This document shows, in pieces, positions 63,433-64,000 of a stretch of 64,000 nt of DNA. The stretch's first letter is position 1; each line of letters opens with the position of its first letter. The translations under genes and the position numbers were made by a program. Origin of the DNA: the human T2T-CHM13v2.0 reference genome, Homo sapiens; assembly GCF_009914755.1 (NCBI RefSeq), contig NC_060927.1; one strand, 5' to 3'. The notes below the pieces were generated by a model that was not told the DNA's origin, searched no databases, and saw only the letters and a program-made list of their open reading frames with translations.

Positions 63433-64000
63433 AGCAACCTTTTGAAGCAGGTACTATATCATCTTCCCATTTTGTGGATGAAGAAACTAAGGCACAGAGA
63501 GTTGATGTAATTTACCCAAGGCCGCGTGACTCACAAAGAAAGTGAGGAGGGGTGAGGCTGGCTGAGGCCCCGGGACACCTCCCTGCCTGTCATGTTCTTA
63601 CCTCTGTGGGGCCAGCCCACCACCCTATCTAACCATCGAGCTCCCCCTGCCCTTGCAGGACCTGGTGCAGGTGCTGCCCAGACCTGCAGCACGGCAGCTG
63701 CCAGGCCCCACAGCAAGTCAGCAATCTGCCCACAGCACCCAGCACAGGGGCACAGAAAGGGTCTTGGGGACAAATGAAGGCTGGGGGTAGGAAACACTAT
63801 CCCCCTCAACCTCCCCTACCTACAACATTGGCACACAGAGCTCTTCCCCGGCAACTGTCTGGTACCCAGCAGGCAGGAGCTGTGTGGCCCTGGGCAAATG
63901 ACTTGGCCTCTCTGTGTCTGTTTCTCAGTCATAAAATGGGAGTATTGTCCACCCAGCAGGGCTGCTGTGAGGGCCATATAATAACACACACAAAATCCTC

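Overview
Human genomic DNA (Alu/MIR/L2-rich, GC-rich). Nearly the whole window is the 3' part of IQSEC1 (BRAG2/ARF-GEP100, an IQ-motif, Sec7 and PH-domain ARF guanine-nucleotide exchange factor) on the minus strand. I traced 12 internal coding exons (E2-E13, numbered assuming one first exon beyond the right edge), each with GT-AG boundaries and consistent phase. Two alternative terminal acceptors give a His/Pro-rich tail ending STIV (PDZ ligand) or a short FQPFEPLQPSVLCS tail. A ~4 kb 3'UTR carries three AATAAA signals. Bases 47369-64000 are intronic and 1-~2540 lie downstream of the gene. I found no prokaryote-type system, CRISPR array, tRNA/rRNA or second protein-coding gene. The best leads are all unverified inferences: a phase-compatible set of extra splice acceptors at the 3' end that could diversify the C-terminus, a possible 3'UTR intron reusing the short-isoform acceptor (NMD switch), a TATA/MEF2/E-box internal promoter candidate, stop-free back-splice circles of E2-E3, a young AluYb8-type insertion and a nested inverted Alu cluster. 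Repeat family names are from recognition by eye, with approximate boundaries.
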